From: Mycobacterium sp. GA-1199
GTDB lineage: Bacteria; Actinomycetota; Actinomycetes; Mycobacteriales; Mycobacteriaceae
Length of the DNA stretch: 32,000 bases
Direction of reading: 5' to 3'
Assembly: GCF_001500045.1 (NCBI RefSeq)
Contig: NZ_LQIX01000007.1
Location: 65,451-97,450 of the forward strand
The position numbers and the translations under genes were made by a program. Of the stretch, positions 9,508-19,797 are shown piece by piece. The notes beneath the pieces were generated by a model. That model worked only from the letters and a program-made list of their open reading frames with translations, did no database searches and was not told where the DNA came from. Positions within the stretch are counted from its first letter, which is position 1, and each line of letters begins with the position of its first letter.

Positions 9508-11073
9508 TCAGTCGTTTTCTCCCCCCTTGTGATCCCAGTCGCTGGGCAGCATGGGTTCGGTGGGTCCGCCGCCGAAGGAGTCGCCGGCTAGCTCGGTCAG
9601 CCCACTGGCCTGCTCGGCCTCGGACTTGGTCGCTGCGCCGGTGAAACCCACTGCGCCCGCGCCCTTTTCCGATGCTGCGACATGCGGGCGCCGGACCGTT
9701 TCGCGCGGCGGGGCCGCGTCCTCCGGCTCGTCGGGTTCGTAATCCATGTAGGCATCGGCGTACTGGCGTTGATGGACCGGCTCCGGTCGCTTGCGGCGCG
9801 CCTTGCGTTTGGCCAGCGACGACGCGGCGGCAGCGGCGGCGGCCGACGCCGCGATGTCCGATGCCGGCGCCTTCAAGCCGGTGCCCTCGCGGAAGGTCGG
9901 GGAGACACCGTCTTCGGGGTCCGGGCCGGCAACCGCGTACGGAACCACCGGAGCCGCAGCGGGCGCCGGGGCGGCACCCGCGGGAGCCGCGCCCGCAGCC
10001 ACCGAAGCCGCGGGAGCAGCCGGAGCGGCCGGAACCGTCGGCGCCACGGCGGCTACCGGCGGAAGCGATTCCGCGCGCGGCTCCGCGACGGGCCGGATGG
10101 GCGCAGGGGCGGGGGCAGGCGCAGGCTCGGGTGCGGCGGCCGGAACCGGCTCCGGTGTCTGCGACTGGACGATGAGACCGATCAACAGCGGCAACCAGAT
10201 CGGCGCGCTGAAGATCATCGACCACGTGGCCCAGCCGAGCGGCTGCGTGATCGCCTGATAGAGGACGAACAACAGGATCAGTCCCGACGACGGGTTGAAG
10301 AGCCACCCGAAGAAGCCGTTCAGGAAGTCGCTGAGGAAATCCAGGACGTTGCCGAAGAACTGTCGCGCGAAGTTGAGGATCGATTCGAAGAAGTCCTCGA
10401 AGAATCTCATGATCTCGCGCAACAGGTCCGCGATGGAGTCGGCGATGTTTCGTGCGCCACCGGAGTCGGCGGCGGTGGCCAGTGCCGCGGCCTGCTGCAC
10501 GTCGGCGGCGGCGGACCCCGCCTCACCCATGCCCGGCTTCAACACGAAAGGCGCCGGCGACGTCATCGGCGTCGCCGCCACCGCTGCACCCGACACCGCC
10601 TGATAGGTGCTCATCGTCGTCGCGGCCTGAATCCACATCCGCACGTAGTCGGCCTCGTTCAACGCGATCGGAATCGTATTGATGCCCAAGAAGTTCGTGG
10701 CCAGCAATACGGCGTGGGTGGACTTGTTGAGCGTCAGCTCGGCCATCGTCGGCATGGTGGCCACCGCGGTGGTGTAAGCCGCGGCGGCGGCCCCGTGCTG
10801 CGCCGCGGCGGCCGCGCTGTTCGCGCTGGCCTGTGCCAACCACGCGAGGTACGGCGTATGCGCGGCCACATACTGGGCGGCGCTGGGCCCTTCCCATGCG
10901 CCGCCCTGGACCGAACCCAGCACAGCGGTCAACTCGGCTGCTGCAGAGGAGTATTCAGCCGCCAGCGACTGCCACGCCCCCGCCGCCGACAGCAGCGACC
11001 CCGGACCGGGTCCGCTGCTCAGCATCGCCGAGTGGACCTCCGGAGGGAGAGCCATCCAGATGGGAGCCGTCAC
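9508..11073 (-). CDS. PPE4: PPE family protein PPE4 (ESX-3 substrate)
   Basis: The N-terminus [28 protein letters not shown] carries the PPE motif at residues 10-12. The PPE domain is about 180 aa and is followed by a long C-terminal region. It sits immediately after PE5 with a 2-nt gap. Confidence 0.93.
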   Translation of the reverse strand: MTAPIWMALPPEVHSAMLSSGPGPGSLLSAAGAWQSLAAEYSSAAAELTAVLGSVQGGAWEGPSAAQYVAAHTPYLAWLAQASANSAAAAAQHGAAAAAYTTAVATMPTMAELTLNKSTHAVLLATNFLGINTIPIALNEADYVRMWIQAATTMSTYQAVSGAAVAATPMTSPAPFVLKPGMGEAGSAAADVQQAAALATAADSGGARNIADSIADLLREIMRFFEDFFESILNFARQFFGNVLDFLSDFLNGFFGWLFNPSSGLILLFVLYQAITQPLGWATWSMIFSAPIWLPLLIGLIVQSQTPEPVPAAAPEPAPAPAPAPIRPVAEPRAESLPPVAAVAPTVPAAPAAPAASVAAGAAPAGAAPAPAAAPVVPYAVAGPDPEDGVSPTFREGTGLKAPASDIAASAAAAAAASSLAKRKARRKRPEPVHQRQYADAYMDYEPDEPEDAAPPRETVRRPHVAASEKGAGAVGFTGAATKSEAEQASGLTELAGDSFGGGPTEPMLPSDWDHKGGEND

Positions 11074-11075
11074 GG

Positions 11076-11384
11076 TCAGCCTCCGGCGACCAGGTAACTC
11101 GCTGCGGCGGCCGCGTCACCGGTGGCGTAGCTCGTACCGGACTGGCCGACGCCGACTCCGGAACGACCCAGTTCCTCCACCCCCAGTGCGGCCATCGTGT
11201 TGTGCTGCGTGCCGTGAGCGCTCAAGCTCACGGCGGTCTGGATCGACACCGCGTCAACGGCGGGCGGAATTACGGCGGTGACCGCGGGTGCGGCGGCGGC
11301 GTGGGCCGCTGCCAACCGGGCCGTCAACGCCTCGACGGCGGACGCCGCCGCGGCGAGGCCTTCGGGAACCACGCGAAGAGTCAT
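11076..11384 (-). CDS. PE5: PE family protein PE5 (ESX-3 substrate)
   Basis: 102 aa, beginning [28 protein letters not shown] with the PE motif at residues 7-8. A YxxxD motif (YATGD) lies at 11115-11129. Its ATG overlaps the eccC3 stop (TGATG). Confidence 0.93.
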   Translation of the reverse strand: MTLRVVPEGLAAAASAVEALTARLAAAHAAAAPAVTAVIPPAVDAVSIQTAVSLSAHGTQHNTMAALGVEELGRSGVGVGQSGTSYATGDAAAAASYLVAGG

Positions 11385-14300
11385 CAGTTGAACTCCCTTC
11401 CACTGTTGCCGTTGTTTCCGGTATATCCCGCGACCGCGTCCGCGAACGGGTTGACGAGTTGCACGAACGTGGGGGCATCGCCATCGTCCAGCAGCATCGC
11501 GCGGCCCGCAGGCAGACGACGGAAGCGATGTCCCCGGATCTTTCCGCTGTCCTGCGGATTGCCCGACAGCATGAGGATCGACGCCTGCAGCTCATTGAGC
11601 CGGCGCAGCAGGGGCGCGGTCATCAGCGCGTGTGCCGAACCGGTGGCCCGCGCGGTCACGACGACGCGCAGGCCCAGCTCGCTTGCCTGCGACAGCAATC
11701 CGATGATGCCGGTCCACGGCCGCTGGCCGACGAACGGTCCACTGACCGCGGGCGCGTCCGGGATCTGGTCGACGTCGTCGATGATCAGGTAGTGGGTGTG
11801 GCCGTCCTCGCCGGATCGGTAGTTCCACCTGCTCAGCTCCTGCGGTGTCAGGCCGGCAGGCGGGCGGCGCTTCTCGAGCAGGGCTGTCAGCCCCAGCATC
11901 GCCGGGGTGATCCGGTCGATGTTCGGGGTGTACTCGTTGTCCGGAAACAGCGGCTCGTCGACCAGATGCAGACGCCGGTCGATCACCGTGAACGCGACGC
12001 GGTCAGGAGTGGAGTTCTCCCGGATCGTGCGAATCACGTGACGCAGCAGCGTCGTCTTGCCCGACTTGGCATCTCCGAACACCATCAACAACGGGTTCTG
12101 GTCGAACGCCATCGCCACGGACGCGAGGTCCTCCTCGCGTTGGCCGATGACCACCTGCTCCGGCGCCGGATACAGGGGGGCCACAGCGCTGGGAGCCAGA
12201 TCGTGGGGCAACAACCGCACCGGCGGTGCGGTGACACCCCGATGGCGGGCGTTGATCACCCTGATATCACGTAGCGCCGGCTCGGCGAACAAGAAGTGCT
12301 CGGCGGCCATGGTCAGACCGCGGCCGGGCTGTTCGGCGGGCACCGCTTCGGCGGGACGGCGCAACGCACCGGTGACCCGCACATTGCTGTCGCGCGGGTC
12401 CGACAGCTTCAGTTCGAGGCGCAGGCCCAGACCGTCGCGCATGGCCAACGGAACCTCGAGCCAGTTCGGTGTCGTGATGACGACATGGATGCCGTAGGAC
12501 ATACCGGTGTTCACCAACTCGGTTACCTTCGACAGCAACGGGTTCCGGGTGTTGAAGGTGTCGGTGTTGTCCCGGCTGAACGCGTAGAGGTTGTCGATGA
12601 CCAGGAAAGTCTCGCCGTACTCGTCGCGTTGCCCGTTACCCGAGTGCCCCCGCGCCTGGCGGGAACGGAGCAACTGCTCGAGCTCACCGAAGGTGCGGCG
12701 GATGCGCTCGGGCTCCAGCGGAGAGGCAACGCTGCCGACATGGGCCAGGTCTTCAAGCGGGCGCAGTTGGCCGCCGCCGTAATCCAGGCAGTAGAACGTC
12801 ACATCACGCGGCGAGTGCAAAGCGGCCGCGGACAGGATGAACGTCTGCAGCGCCGTGGTCTTGCCCGACTTCGGTCCACCGTGGATCAACAGATTGGCAC
12901 CGGCGGACCTGGCGTCGAAGATCAACGGATCGCGGCGCATCGAGAACGGGCGGTCGATCTCGCCGAGCGGCCAACGCCATTCGCGCTCGGCCACATCGGC
13001 ACGGGCGAGCAATTCGTCGAGCGGAATCGGCTCGTCCAGCGGAGGCAGCCACAGCGGTGGCGCCTTCGGACCGTAGTGGGACAGCTGATCGCCGATGGTG
13101 GCGACGAGTTTGCGCGGTGGACGCTCCTCGTGAGCGGCGGGATCGGAAACGACGACCGTGTCGGCGGGCGCTTCCACGTGACCCGCGGTGAACGGCTGCG
13201 GCACCGGAACCGACTGCACCACAACCGACCTCTCCGCCCGCGGCGGATCGTAGATGCCGTCGACGTAGGTGCTGCGGAACTTGACGGGCATCGCGCCCGG
13301 CGCAGGCACCAGGAATCCCTCCCCCTTGTGCTCGGGGCCGGCCTCGATGTGGAACGCGTCCTCCACACCGATGATCTGGCGACTGATGGCCGGGCTGGCC
13401 ACCTTGAGCCCGATCCGGTACGAGGTGTTCTTGTCGATGTCCTTGATCCGGCCGACATCCAGCGTCTGCGAGGCGAACAGAATATGGATGCGGAACGAAC
13501 GGCCCTTGCGCGCAACATAATCGAACAAGTCGGCGTACTCGGGATGATCGGAAAGCATCAGCGAGAACTCGTCGGCGACCACGAGCAGTGTGGGCAGCGG
13601 CGGCAGGTCGTGACCGGCCGCGATGGCCACCTCGTATTCGAGCACCGAGTTGAACGCACTGCCCTGGACCCGGCGGCCGGCCTCCATCAGCAGTTGCTCG
13701 CGTCGTGCCACCTCGCCGCGCAGCGTGTCGGCGAATCGGTCGGCAAGCGAACGCTTCTCGGCCATGTTCGAGATGACGGCGACCACCTGCGGGAAGTCCC
13801 GGAAGATGTCGGCTCCGGCCTCACCCTTGAAGTCCGCGTAGATCACGATCAGCCGGTCGGCGGAGTGAGTCGTCAACAGCGACAACAGGATCGACATCAA
13901 CGTCTGCGACTTGCCCGAGCCGGTCATACCGATCATCAGGCCGTGCGGACCCATACCGCCTTCGGCCTCGTCCTTGAGGTCGAAGATCAGCGGCTCACCG
14001 GTGGCGGTGACGCCGATGGGCACGCGCAGCTCATCGGCGCGCGCCCGCGGCGCCCACAGGCTCGCCACGTCCAGCGCCGCGGCGTCCGGAATGCCGAGCA
14101 GCGTGGAGAAAGTCGCGACACCTGTGCTGCCGGTGCGCGCGTGGCTCGGGTTCGAATCCCACTTCGACAACCGGCGGGCGATGTGCCGCGCGGTCGCGAC
14201 GTCGAGCTGATCGGCGGCGTCGACATAGGGCTGCCAGCCTCCGGTCTGCCAGCGCTGCAGTTTTCCGTCGGTCAGCTGCAGGATCGGCCGTTCCGGATCG

Positions 14301-15358
14301 GGGTACTGCTCGCGGTGCGGCGGCTCGGCGACGCGTTGGACCAGCGTCACACCGGCCAGCCCGCCGCGCGGGACCAGCGCCGTGGTGTCCACGTCGGGAT
14401 CGTCGACGATGATGAGCAGGTGCTTGACCTCGGTGTCGTCGTCGCTGCCGAACGGGGACCGGTCATCGAGCGCGGAGGTGAGCTGCGCGCGCAGTTCGAC
14501 GATGTCCGACGACAGGTAGCGGGCGGGGCCGGCACCGTCGACCGCACCGGGAATGTCGTTGTGGGGCAGCCACTTCAGCCACGACCAGTCGTCGCTCTCG
14601 ATGTCGGGCGCCAGCAGAGCGACGCCGAGCACTGCGGGGTCGTGCCAGGTGACGGCCTGGGTGATCCAGGCGCGTAGCGCCCCGCGGACCTGGTCGGGCT
14701 CGCCGAGCACCGTGATCCGCGAGACCTTGCCGAGGTCGATACCGGTCGGCGCGGCCCGTACCGTCCGCTGCACGTCGAGCAGGGCGCGTAACGCGCTGTG
14801 CGACACCGGCTCCAGGTCGACCTCGTCGGCGCTGTCCTTCACCCGCAGCGCGGCGTTCAGCGGGGCGTCGTGCAATCCGGTGCGCACCACCAGGAAGTCG
14901 GGGTCGTGCGGATCGCGCTCCCACTGCCTGCGGGTTCCGGGGACGTCGATGAGCAGGCCCGGGTCCGGATGCGACCACTCCAGCGCCGCGCGCTGCTCGG
15001 CGGCATGTGCGCGCACGTTGTCTCGGACCACCGACAGGTAGCGCAGATAGTCGGCCCGCTCGGCGTCGACCTCCTCGGTGCGCATCTTGTTGTCGGTACC
15101 GCGGTAGAGCGCGGTCGCGGCGAGCAGCAGAACGAACGGAAAGAACAGCGTCGTCGGCGAGATCAAACGCATGCCGGTGGCGAACAGCGCCACGATCATG
15201 CCGACGATCAGGATGACGATCAGGAACGGCAGCACCCGCCGCAGCAGTGACGGCGGAATCACCCGCGGCAGCTCCGGTGGCGGTTCGATCGTGATGGTGC
15301 CTTTGCGTGTCGTCGGCACCGGGATGCGGCGACGCGCCTCGAATATGAGCCGACTCAT
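11384..15358 (-). CDS. eccC3: ESX-3 FtsK/SpoIIIE-type ATPase EccC3 (single unsplit polypeptide)
   Basis: 1324 aa. It has two N-terminal TM helices and three P-loop NTPase domains with Walker A motifs [22 protein letters not shown] and [11 protein letters not shown]. The start overlaps the eccB3 stop (TAATG at 15356-15360). Confidence 0.96.
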   Translation of the reverse strand: MSRLIFEARRRIPVPTTRKGTITIEPPPELPRVIPPSLLRRVLPFLIVILIVGMIVALFATGMRLISPTTLFFPFVLLLAATALYRGTDNKMRTEEVDAERADYLRYLSVVRDNVRAHAAEQRAALEWSHPDPGLLIDVPGTRRQWERDPHDPDFLVVRTGLHDAPLNAALRVKDSADEVDLEPVSHSALRALLDVQRTVRAAPTGIDLGKVSRITVLGEPDQVRGALRAWITQAVTWHDPAVLGVALLAPDIESDDWSWLKWLPHNDIPGAVDGAGPARYLSSDIVELRAQLTSALDDRSPFGSDDDTEVKHLLIIVDDPDVDTTALVPRGGLAGVTLVQRVAEPPHREQYPDPERPILQLTDGKLQRWQTGGWQPYVDAADQLDVATARHIARRLSKWDSNPSHARTGSTGVATFSTLLGIPDAAALDVASLWAPRARADELRVPIGVTATGEPLIFDLKDEAEGGMGPHGLMIGMTGSGKSQTLMSILLSLLTTHSADRLIVIYADFKGEAGADIFRDFPQVVAVISNMAEKRSLADRFADTLRGEVARREQLLMEAGRRVQGSAFNSVLEYEVAIAAGHDLPPLPTLLVVADEFSLMLSDHPEYADLFDYVARKGRSFRIHILFASQTLDVGRIKDIDKNTSYRIGLKVASPAISRQIIGVEDAFHIEAGPEHKGEGFLVPAPGAMPVKFRSTYVDGIYDPPRAERSVVVQSVPVPQPFTAGHVEAPADTVVVSDPAAHEERPPRKLVATIGDQLSHYGPKAPPLWLPPLDEPIPLDELLARADVAEREWRWPLGEIDRPFSMRRDPLIFDARSAGANLLIHGGPKSGKTTALQTFILSAAALHSPRDVTFYCLDYGGGQLRPLEDLAHVGSVASPLEPERIRRTFGELEQLLRSRQARGHSGNGQRDEYGETFLVIDNLYAFSRDNTDTFNTRNPLLSKVTELVNTGMSYGIHVVITTPNWLEVPLAMRDGLGLRLELKLSDPRDSNVRVTGALRRPAEAVPAEQPGRGLTMAAEHFLFAEPALRDIRVINARHRGVTAPPVRLLPHDLAPSAVAPLYPAPEQVVIGQREEDLASVAMAFDQNPLLMVFGDAKSGKTTLLRHVIRTIRENSTPDRVAFTVIDRRLHLVDEPLFPDNEYTPNIDRITPAMLGLTALLEKRRPPAGLTPQELSRWNYRSGEDGHTHYLIIDDVDQIPDAPAVSGPFVGQRPWTGIIGLLSQASELGLRVVVTARATGSAHALMTAPLLRRLNELQASILMLSGNPQDSGKIRGHRFRRLPAGRAMLLDDGDAPTFVQLVNPFADAVAGYTGNNGNSGREFN

Positions 15359-16923
15359 TACGGCGTCTCCCTCACGACAGCGGGGCGGGGGTCGGCGGCC
15401 AGCGCGTCATGGGCCAGCAACGCATCGCCTCGCGACAGCGTCGGGCCGGGCGCGAACTGGCTCAGCATCGACCAGGGAATCGGTAGCGCGGGCGGGGTGA
15501 GGCCCAGCGCGGAGATGGCGTTCTCGTCACCGTCGACGTCGAGGCCGTAGCGGACCCCGACATCGCTGAGCCAGAAGGCTGCGCCGCCGACGGGTGACGT
15601 CGACGCGCCCCCGCCGTCCTGACCGACCGTCTGGACCAGGTAGCCGCGCCCCGGATTCAGCACGACCTGGTTTGCGGTCGTTCCGGATCCCGCACCGACG
15701 AGCGGCACGGGGCGCAGGTGATCGGACACCGGCAACGTGACACCGGAACGCAGGTCCAGTGAGGCGCTCGTGGCATCGGCGGGCCGCTTCCACTGGGCGC
15801 ACGTCAACGGCGCGTCGGCGGAGTCGACGAGCGAAATCGGTTCGGCGGGATAGGCATCGGTGTCGATGACGTCCGCGACGGGCAGGCGTGCGATGTCGTC
15901 GGCGCCCAACCGCGGCGGCTGGTCGAGTCCGTACGAGTTCGCATTACGCATGATCGCGGCGACGACCGGTGAAATCGGTTGCAGCCCTTCGCCCAGCACC
16001 GCGTAATGACGCAGGGTGTTGTCGGTGGCGAAGGCCGTGACCACCGCGCCGACCGGCGCAGGCACGGGCAACGGGTATCGCGGCGGTTCCCCGGCGCCGG
16101 GGATGACCGGGGGAATCAACGCGGGAGCTTCCGGCACCGCATTGAACAAGCCGGGGGCGATGGGGCGCGCGTCGGCGCCTGCGGTACCCAGACCAAGTGC
16201 ACTGGTGACCGCGCGGTCGTTCATGTCGATCGAGCTTCGGCGCCCGTTCCACAACAGCCAGGTGCCGGCATTGGGACCGCTCGGGTTGGAGACCAGGATG
16301 GCCTTGTCGTCGGGCAGCTGCGCCGCGCGTTCACCGCCGTCGGTCAGGGGACCCGCGATCATCGTGACACCGACGGCTGGCCCCGAAACCCCGTCGCACA
16401 CCGTCCAATCGGCGTCACGGGCGGTGTTCTGCACCATGCGTTCGGGTGCACCCGGGATACCGATGAGATTGCCACGGGGGAACTGGTCGATCTCGCTGGT
16501 CTTGACCTGCGACGGGTTGTCCGGTCGGCCCGCGATCAGGCGCGCGGACGTCAGGTTCAGCACCGGGTGCAACTGCTCACCTAGGCGGACGTAGAGCGCG
16601 GAGGTGGTGCGGTCGGCCAGGATCGCGTCATTGCCCGCGACGCCACCTGGCCGGATGAGCGAGAACACGAAACACCCTGCCATCACGGTGATCAGCACCA
16701 GCGCGCCGACGAGCACCGAACGGGCTTGGGTGCGGAGCGGATCGACGAGCATGCGGGTGTCGTGCAGCGCGACACCGGATGCGATGCGCCGCATGATGAA
16801 GCGCCATCCGGTCACCTGGTGGCGGGTGACGAACCCGCGGCGGTACACGACCCGGTCAGGGTTCTCGTTGTCCGGTGTGCGCGAGGCGAACGCGCGGCGA
16901 TCCGAATCGTCCGGGGTGCTCAT
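15358..16923 (-). CDS. eccB3: ESX-3 membrane component EccB3
   Basis: 521 aa. The conserved N-terminal segment is [34 protein letters not shown], followed by a single TM helix ([18 protein letters not shown]) and a large extracytoplasmic domain. Its start overlaps the eccA3 stop in an ATGA junction (16920-16923). Confidence 0.94.
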   Translation of the reverse strand: MSTPDDSDRRAFASRTPDNENPDRVVYRRGFVTRHQVTGWRFIMRRIASGVALHDTRMLVDPLRTQARSVLVGALVLITVMAGCFVFSLIRPGGVAGNDAILADRTTSALYVRLGEQLHPVLNLTSARLIAGRPDNPSQVKTSEIDQFPRGNLIGIPGAPERMVQNTARDADWTVCDGVSGPAVGVTMIAGPLTDGGERAAQLPDDKAILVSNPSGPNAGTWLLWNGRRSSIDMNDRAVTSALGLGTAGADARPIAPGLFNAVPEAPALIPPVIPGAGEPPRYPLPVPAPVGAVVTAFATDNTLRHYAVLGEGLQPISPVVAAIMRNANSYGLDQPPRLGADDIARLPVADVIDTDAYPAEPISLVDSADAPLTCAQWKRPADATSASLDLRSGVTLPVSDHLRPVPLVGAGSGTTANQVVLNPGRGYLVQTVGQDGGGASTSPVGGAAFWLSDVGVRYGLDVDGDENAISALGLTPPALPIPWSMLSQFAPGPTLSRGDALLAHDALAADPRPAVVRETP

Positions 16924-18737
16924 TCGGACACCGTCAGACCGAGGCCACGCAGCAGCGGTATGGCGGATTTGGTGACGTCTTCATCGGTGATGGTCATCAG
17001 CTCGTCATCTGTGAAGTCTTCGCTATCGGAGTGATCGAGTCGGTACTCGCGCTCCTCCTCGGAACGCTCGACCAGGTTGCGGACGAAACGGCCGTTGCCG
17101 GCGATGTCGAGGTTGCGCCTCTCCACGCCGGTGGCGTCCGGCGTCGTCGCCGCCGCCAACTGCCCGAACAGCGATTCCATGTGGGCGAGCGCCGCCGGTT
17201 CGAATACGCTGTCGCGCTTCTCGGCCATCCGGACCGCGATCTCGACAAGCTCATGCGGTGTGTACGAGGGGAATTCGATGCTTCGGGTGAAGCGGGACCG
17301 CAGGCCTTCGTTGGTGTCGAGGAACGCGTCGAGGTCCTTGCGGTAACCGGCGACGATGACGACCAACCGCTCGCGGTCGTTTTCCATGCGTGCCAGCAGC
17401 GTGTCGATCGCGACCAGGCCGAAGTCGTTCTTGGCGCCGGTCGACACCAGCGCGTAGGCCTCGTCGAGGAACAGCACACCGTCGAGCGCGCTGTCGATGA
17501 TCGCGTTGGTCTTGGCCTCGGTCTCACCGATGTGCTGACCGATCAGGTCGGCTCGGTGCACCTCGCGGACCGTCTCCTTCTTGAGAATGCCCAGGCCGCA
17601 GTAGATTTTGGCCACGACGCGCGCGATGGTCGTCTTACCGGTGCCGGGCGGGCCGGCGAACACCAGATGGTTGGTGCGCTGCGCCACGGTCAGGCCGCGC
17701 TCCTGGCGGCGGATCGCCATCGCGACCGAACTCTTCAGCCGCGCAACCTGATACTTGACCTCTTCCAGGCCGATGAACTCGGCGAGTTCGGCCTCGGCCT
17801 CGATCAGCAGGTGTGCCTTGCGTTCCTTGGCGCCGGGGTCGACGAACTCGGATTCGCTGGGCTCTGTGGCCGGATCCCACGGATCGGAGCGGCCCTCGAT
17901 GCGCGCGGCCGTCGTTGTCACGATGCCGTACGAGGTGTCCGACAGCGCGATCTCGACCTGCTCGTTTTCCGGATTGGCGGCGTAGAGCTCGGCGAGTACG
18001 TCGGCCGCGTCGAGCTCCTCACCCTGCGCGCGGAGGCACAGCGCCTTGACGAGCGTGCCGTCCACGGTGGCGACATCGACTGGGCCGGAGGGGTCTTCGA
18101 GGTACGACAGCGCGGGCGCGTACATGCCCAGGCGGGCGAGCGACGTGCCGAGCGCGACGCGTGCCGCGTGTGCGTAGGTCTCGTCCAGCCGCGTGTCGTT
18201 GACGATCGGGGTGATCAGCCGGACGACGTCCGACCAGCGCTCGGCGCGGTAGTACATCGCGATCCGCACCCACCGCGCATCCAGCCAGCTAGGGCGCCGG
18301 TCGATCAAGGGCTCGACGAGCTTGTCCGCCTCTGCATAGTCACCGGCGTCGCACAGCGTGACCGCGTAGGCCAGCTGGAAGTCGTCGGGTGTCGCGGCCG
18401 AGAACTTGAGGTAGAGCCCGGCGTCGTAGGTGAACGCCAGGTCGCCCTCGCCGAGCTGTACGTGGCGCTGCAGCACACCCGCGGTGGGAACCGTCTGCCA
18501 GACGGCTTCGAGCACCCTGGGACTGGTGTCGCCCGCTGCCGCCAGTCCCGTCCACGCATCGCACTGTTCGCGGGCGATGCGGGTGAGCTCGGTGAAACCG
18601 GACAGGGCCGCGGCCGGATCCGGCGGACGCCGACGGTCGTGCACCGACAGCCCGAGGGCCCGGCAACACGTGGCGAACCGACTCACCACGTCGTGGTCGA
18701 CGCGCGAAGTCGCAGCAAAATCGGTCTGTAGCGGCAC
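16920..18737 (-). CDS. eccA3: ESX-3 cytosolic AAA+ ATPase EccA3 (TPR N-domain plus CbbX-like AAA domain)
   Basis: Contains VVSRFATCCRALG...CDAWTGLAAAGD (EccA N-domain), Walker A LVFAGPPGTGKTTIARVVA and Walker B VLFLDEAY. GTG start at 18737, with GGGGAGA about 11 nt upstream. Confidence 0.95.
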   Translation of the reverse strand: MPLQTDFAATSRVDHDVVSRFATCCRALGLSVHDRRRPPDPAAALSGFTELTRIAREQCDAWTGLAAAGDTSPRVLEAVWQTVPTAGVLQRHVQLGEGDLAFTYDAGLYLKFSAATPDDFQLAYAVTLCDAGDYAEADKLVEPLIDRRPSWLDARWVRIAMYYRAERWSDVVRLITPIVNDTRLDETYAHAARVALGTSLARLGMYAPALSYLEDPSGPVDVATVDGTLVKALCLRAQGEELDAADVLAELYAANPENEQVEIALSDTSYGIVTTTAARIEGRSDPWDPATEPSESEFVDPGAKERKAHLLIEAEAELAEFIGLEEVKYQVARLKSSVAMAIRRQERGLTVAQRTNHLVFAGPPGTGKTTIARVVAKIYCGLGILKKETVREVHRADLIGQHIGETEAKTNAIIDSALDGVLFLDEAYALVSTGAKNDFGLVAIDTLLARMENDRERLVVIVAGYRKDLDAFLDTNEGLRSRFTRSIEFPSYTPHELVEIAVRMAEKRDSVFEPAALAHMESLFGQLAAATTPDATGVERRNLDIAGNGRFVRNLVERSEEEREYRLDHSDSEDFTDDELMTITDEDVTKSAIPLLRGLGLTVSE

Positions 18738-18757
18738 GCGCCGTGATCTCCCCGTAG

Positions 18758-18776
18758 TTATGGCAGGCTAACTTTC
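18758..18776 (-). promoter_or_regulatory. Candidate IdeR iron box (proximal) in the ESX-3 promoter
   Basis: TTATGGCAGGCTAACTTTC matches the same consensus at 13 of 19 positions. It contains a third copy of GCTAACTT (18767-18774) and lies 21-39 nt upstream of the eccA3 GTG. Confidence 0.45.
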
Positions 18777-18785
18777 CGCCCGAAG

Positions 18786-18804
18786 TTAGCATTGACTAAG
18801 CTAA
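18786..18804 (-). promoter_or_regulatory. Candidate IdeR iron box (distal) in the ESX-3 promoter
   Basis: TTAGCATTGACTAAGCTAA matches the remembered IdeR consensus TTAGGTTAGGCTAACCTAA at 14 of 19 positions by hand alignment. It is flanked by the perfect inverted repeat AAGTTAGC (18783-18790) / GCTAACTT (18800-18807). It lies 49-67 nt upstream of the eccA3 GTG. Confidence 0.6.
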
Positions 18805-18845
18805 CTTGTACAGACGCACGTCGCCCCCTCACGGGGTGAACAAGC

Positions 18846-19736
18846 TCACGCCTTGACGGCGCTCACCAGGCTTATAGTCCCCGTCATCGTGGCCGCTTCC
18901 GATCCCCGCTCGGGCACCGGTCGGCCGTTTTCCCGCAACCAGTCCTCGAGGGTTATGGCCTCGGCGCGCCATCCGCGGGTGCCGAACCACTGGGCGGCGG
19001 GCGCGTGTTGTTCGTTGTAGACGAGGTTGAAGAAGGTGTCCTCGTCCCCGGAGGACCGCTCTTCTTCCCTCTTCGCCTCGAAGGCAGCCGCGTCCATGGG
19101 TGCCGCCTCCTCCACGGCGGCGTGGCTGCCGGCGGCGGCCAGCGCGTCGATTCCGGTGAACAGCTCGCGCTGGGCATCGGCCGGCAGGTAGATCAGTAGG
19201 CCCTCGGCGATCCAGGCCGATCGCTCGTTCGGGTTGAACCCGTGGGCGCACAATGCTTGGGACCAGTCGTCACGCAGATCGACCGGGACCTCGCGACGTT
19301 CTGCCCGCGGGGTGTGGCCTTCGAGGGCCTGCCGTTTGAACTCGAGCACGCCCGGCTGGTCCAACTCGAACGCCACGGTGCCGCCGGGCCAGTTCAGGCG
19401 GTACGCGCGCGAATCCAGGCCCGCGGCCAGCAGCACGATCTGCCGGACTCCGGCGCGGGTGGCGGCGCGGAAGTAGTCGTCGAAGTACTTCGTGCGGACG
19501 GCCTGGAAGTCGACGAAGGCCGAGCCGAAGTCGTCGGTTCGCAGGGGATGGTCGGGCGCTCCCCCGTCGAGCAGATCCGACCAGTCACCGCCCACCGCGC
19601 GGCAGAAGGTCTCGGCGAAGGGGTCGACGGCGATCGGGTCGGGCTTCTGCGCCTCCAGCGCACGGGCAGCGGCGACGAACAACGCGGTCGAACCGACGCT
19701 GGTGGTGATGTCCCAGGTGTCGTCGTCGCTACGCAT
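18846..19736 (-). CDS. SAM-dependent O-methyltransferase, Rv0281-like (mycobacterial putative methyltransferase family)
   Basis: Begins [28 protein letters not shown] and contains [16 protein letters not shown], both typical of this family. The start is set at ATG 19736; the track start at 19961 adds 75 non-conserved residues that run into the divergent gene. Confidence 0.88.
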   Translation of the reverse strand: MRSDDDTWDITTSVGSTALFVAAARALEAQKPDPIAVDPFAETFCRAVGGDWSDLLDGGAPDHPLRTDDFGSAFVDFQAVRTKYFDDYFRAATRAGVRQIVLLAAGLDSRAYRLNWPGGTVAFELDQPGVLEFKRQALEGHTPRAERREVPVDLRDDWSQALCAHGFNPNERSAWIAEGLLIYLPADAQRELFTGIDALAAAGSHAAVEEAAPMDAAAFEAKREEERSSGDEDTFFNLVYNEQHAPAAQWFGTRGWRAEAITLEDWLRENGRPVPERGSEAATMTGTISLVSAVKA

Positions 19737-19797
19737 GTACCTTTTGTACGCCGCGATTCTGACAGCACGCTGACAGGCCAGGTGCCACCATATTGAC

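Noticed and set aside
9934-10158. Repetitive GC-rich DNA (gcc/ggc/cgg runs) that could superficially look like a repeat array.
   Set aside because: It is the Pro/Ala-rich low-complexity coding segment of PPE4 (aa 306-380). There is no repeat-spacer periodicity, so it is neither a CRISPR array nor a mobile-element terminus.
12296-14677. A 793-aa plus-strand ORF antisense to eccC3. Similar long antisense ORFs occur at 16875-18731 opposite eccA3, 9682-11097 opposite PPE4, 25991-27298 opposite fadE6, 222-1406 opposite cysNC, and 5161-6375 and 7062-8066 opposite mycP3 and eccD3.
   Set aside because: These are typical high-GC shadow ORFs. The translations are Arg/Gly/Pro/His-rich with no recognisable motifs, and the opposite strand in each case encodes a protein with clear family signatures and proper codon-position G/C bias.
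18822-18838. A short hairpin (CCCC-tcac-GGGG) just downstream of the Rv0281-like methyltransferase stop, as a possible intrinsic terminator separating it from ESX-3.
   Set aside because: The stem is only 4-5 bp and no U-tract follows on the minus strand, so it is too weak to call.
18738-18845. A search for a Zur (zinc) box in the ESX-3 promoter region.
   Set aside because: I found no AT-rich palindrome resembling the Zur operator by eye, only the IdeR-like GCTAAC-type elements. Absence by visual inspection is not proof, so a PWM scan is needed.
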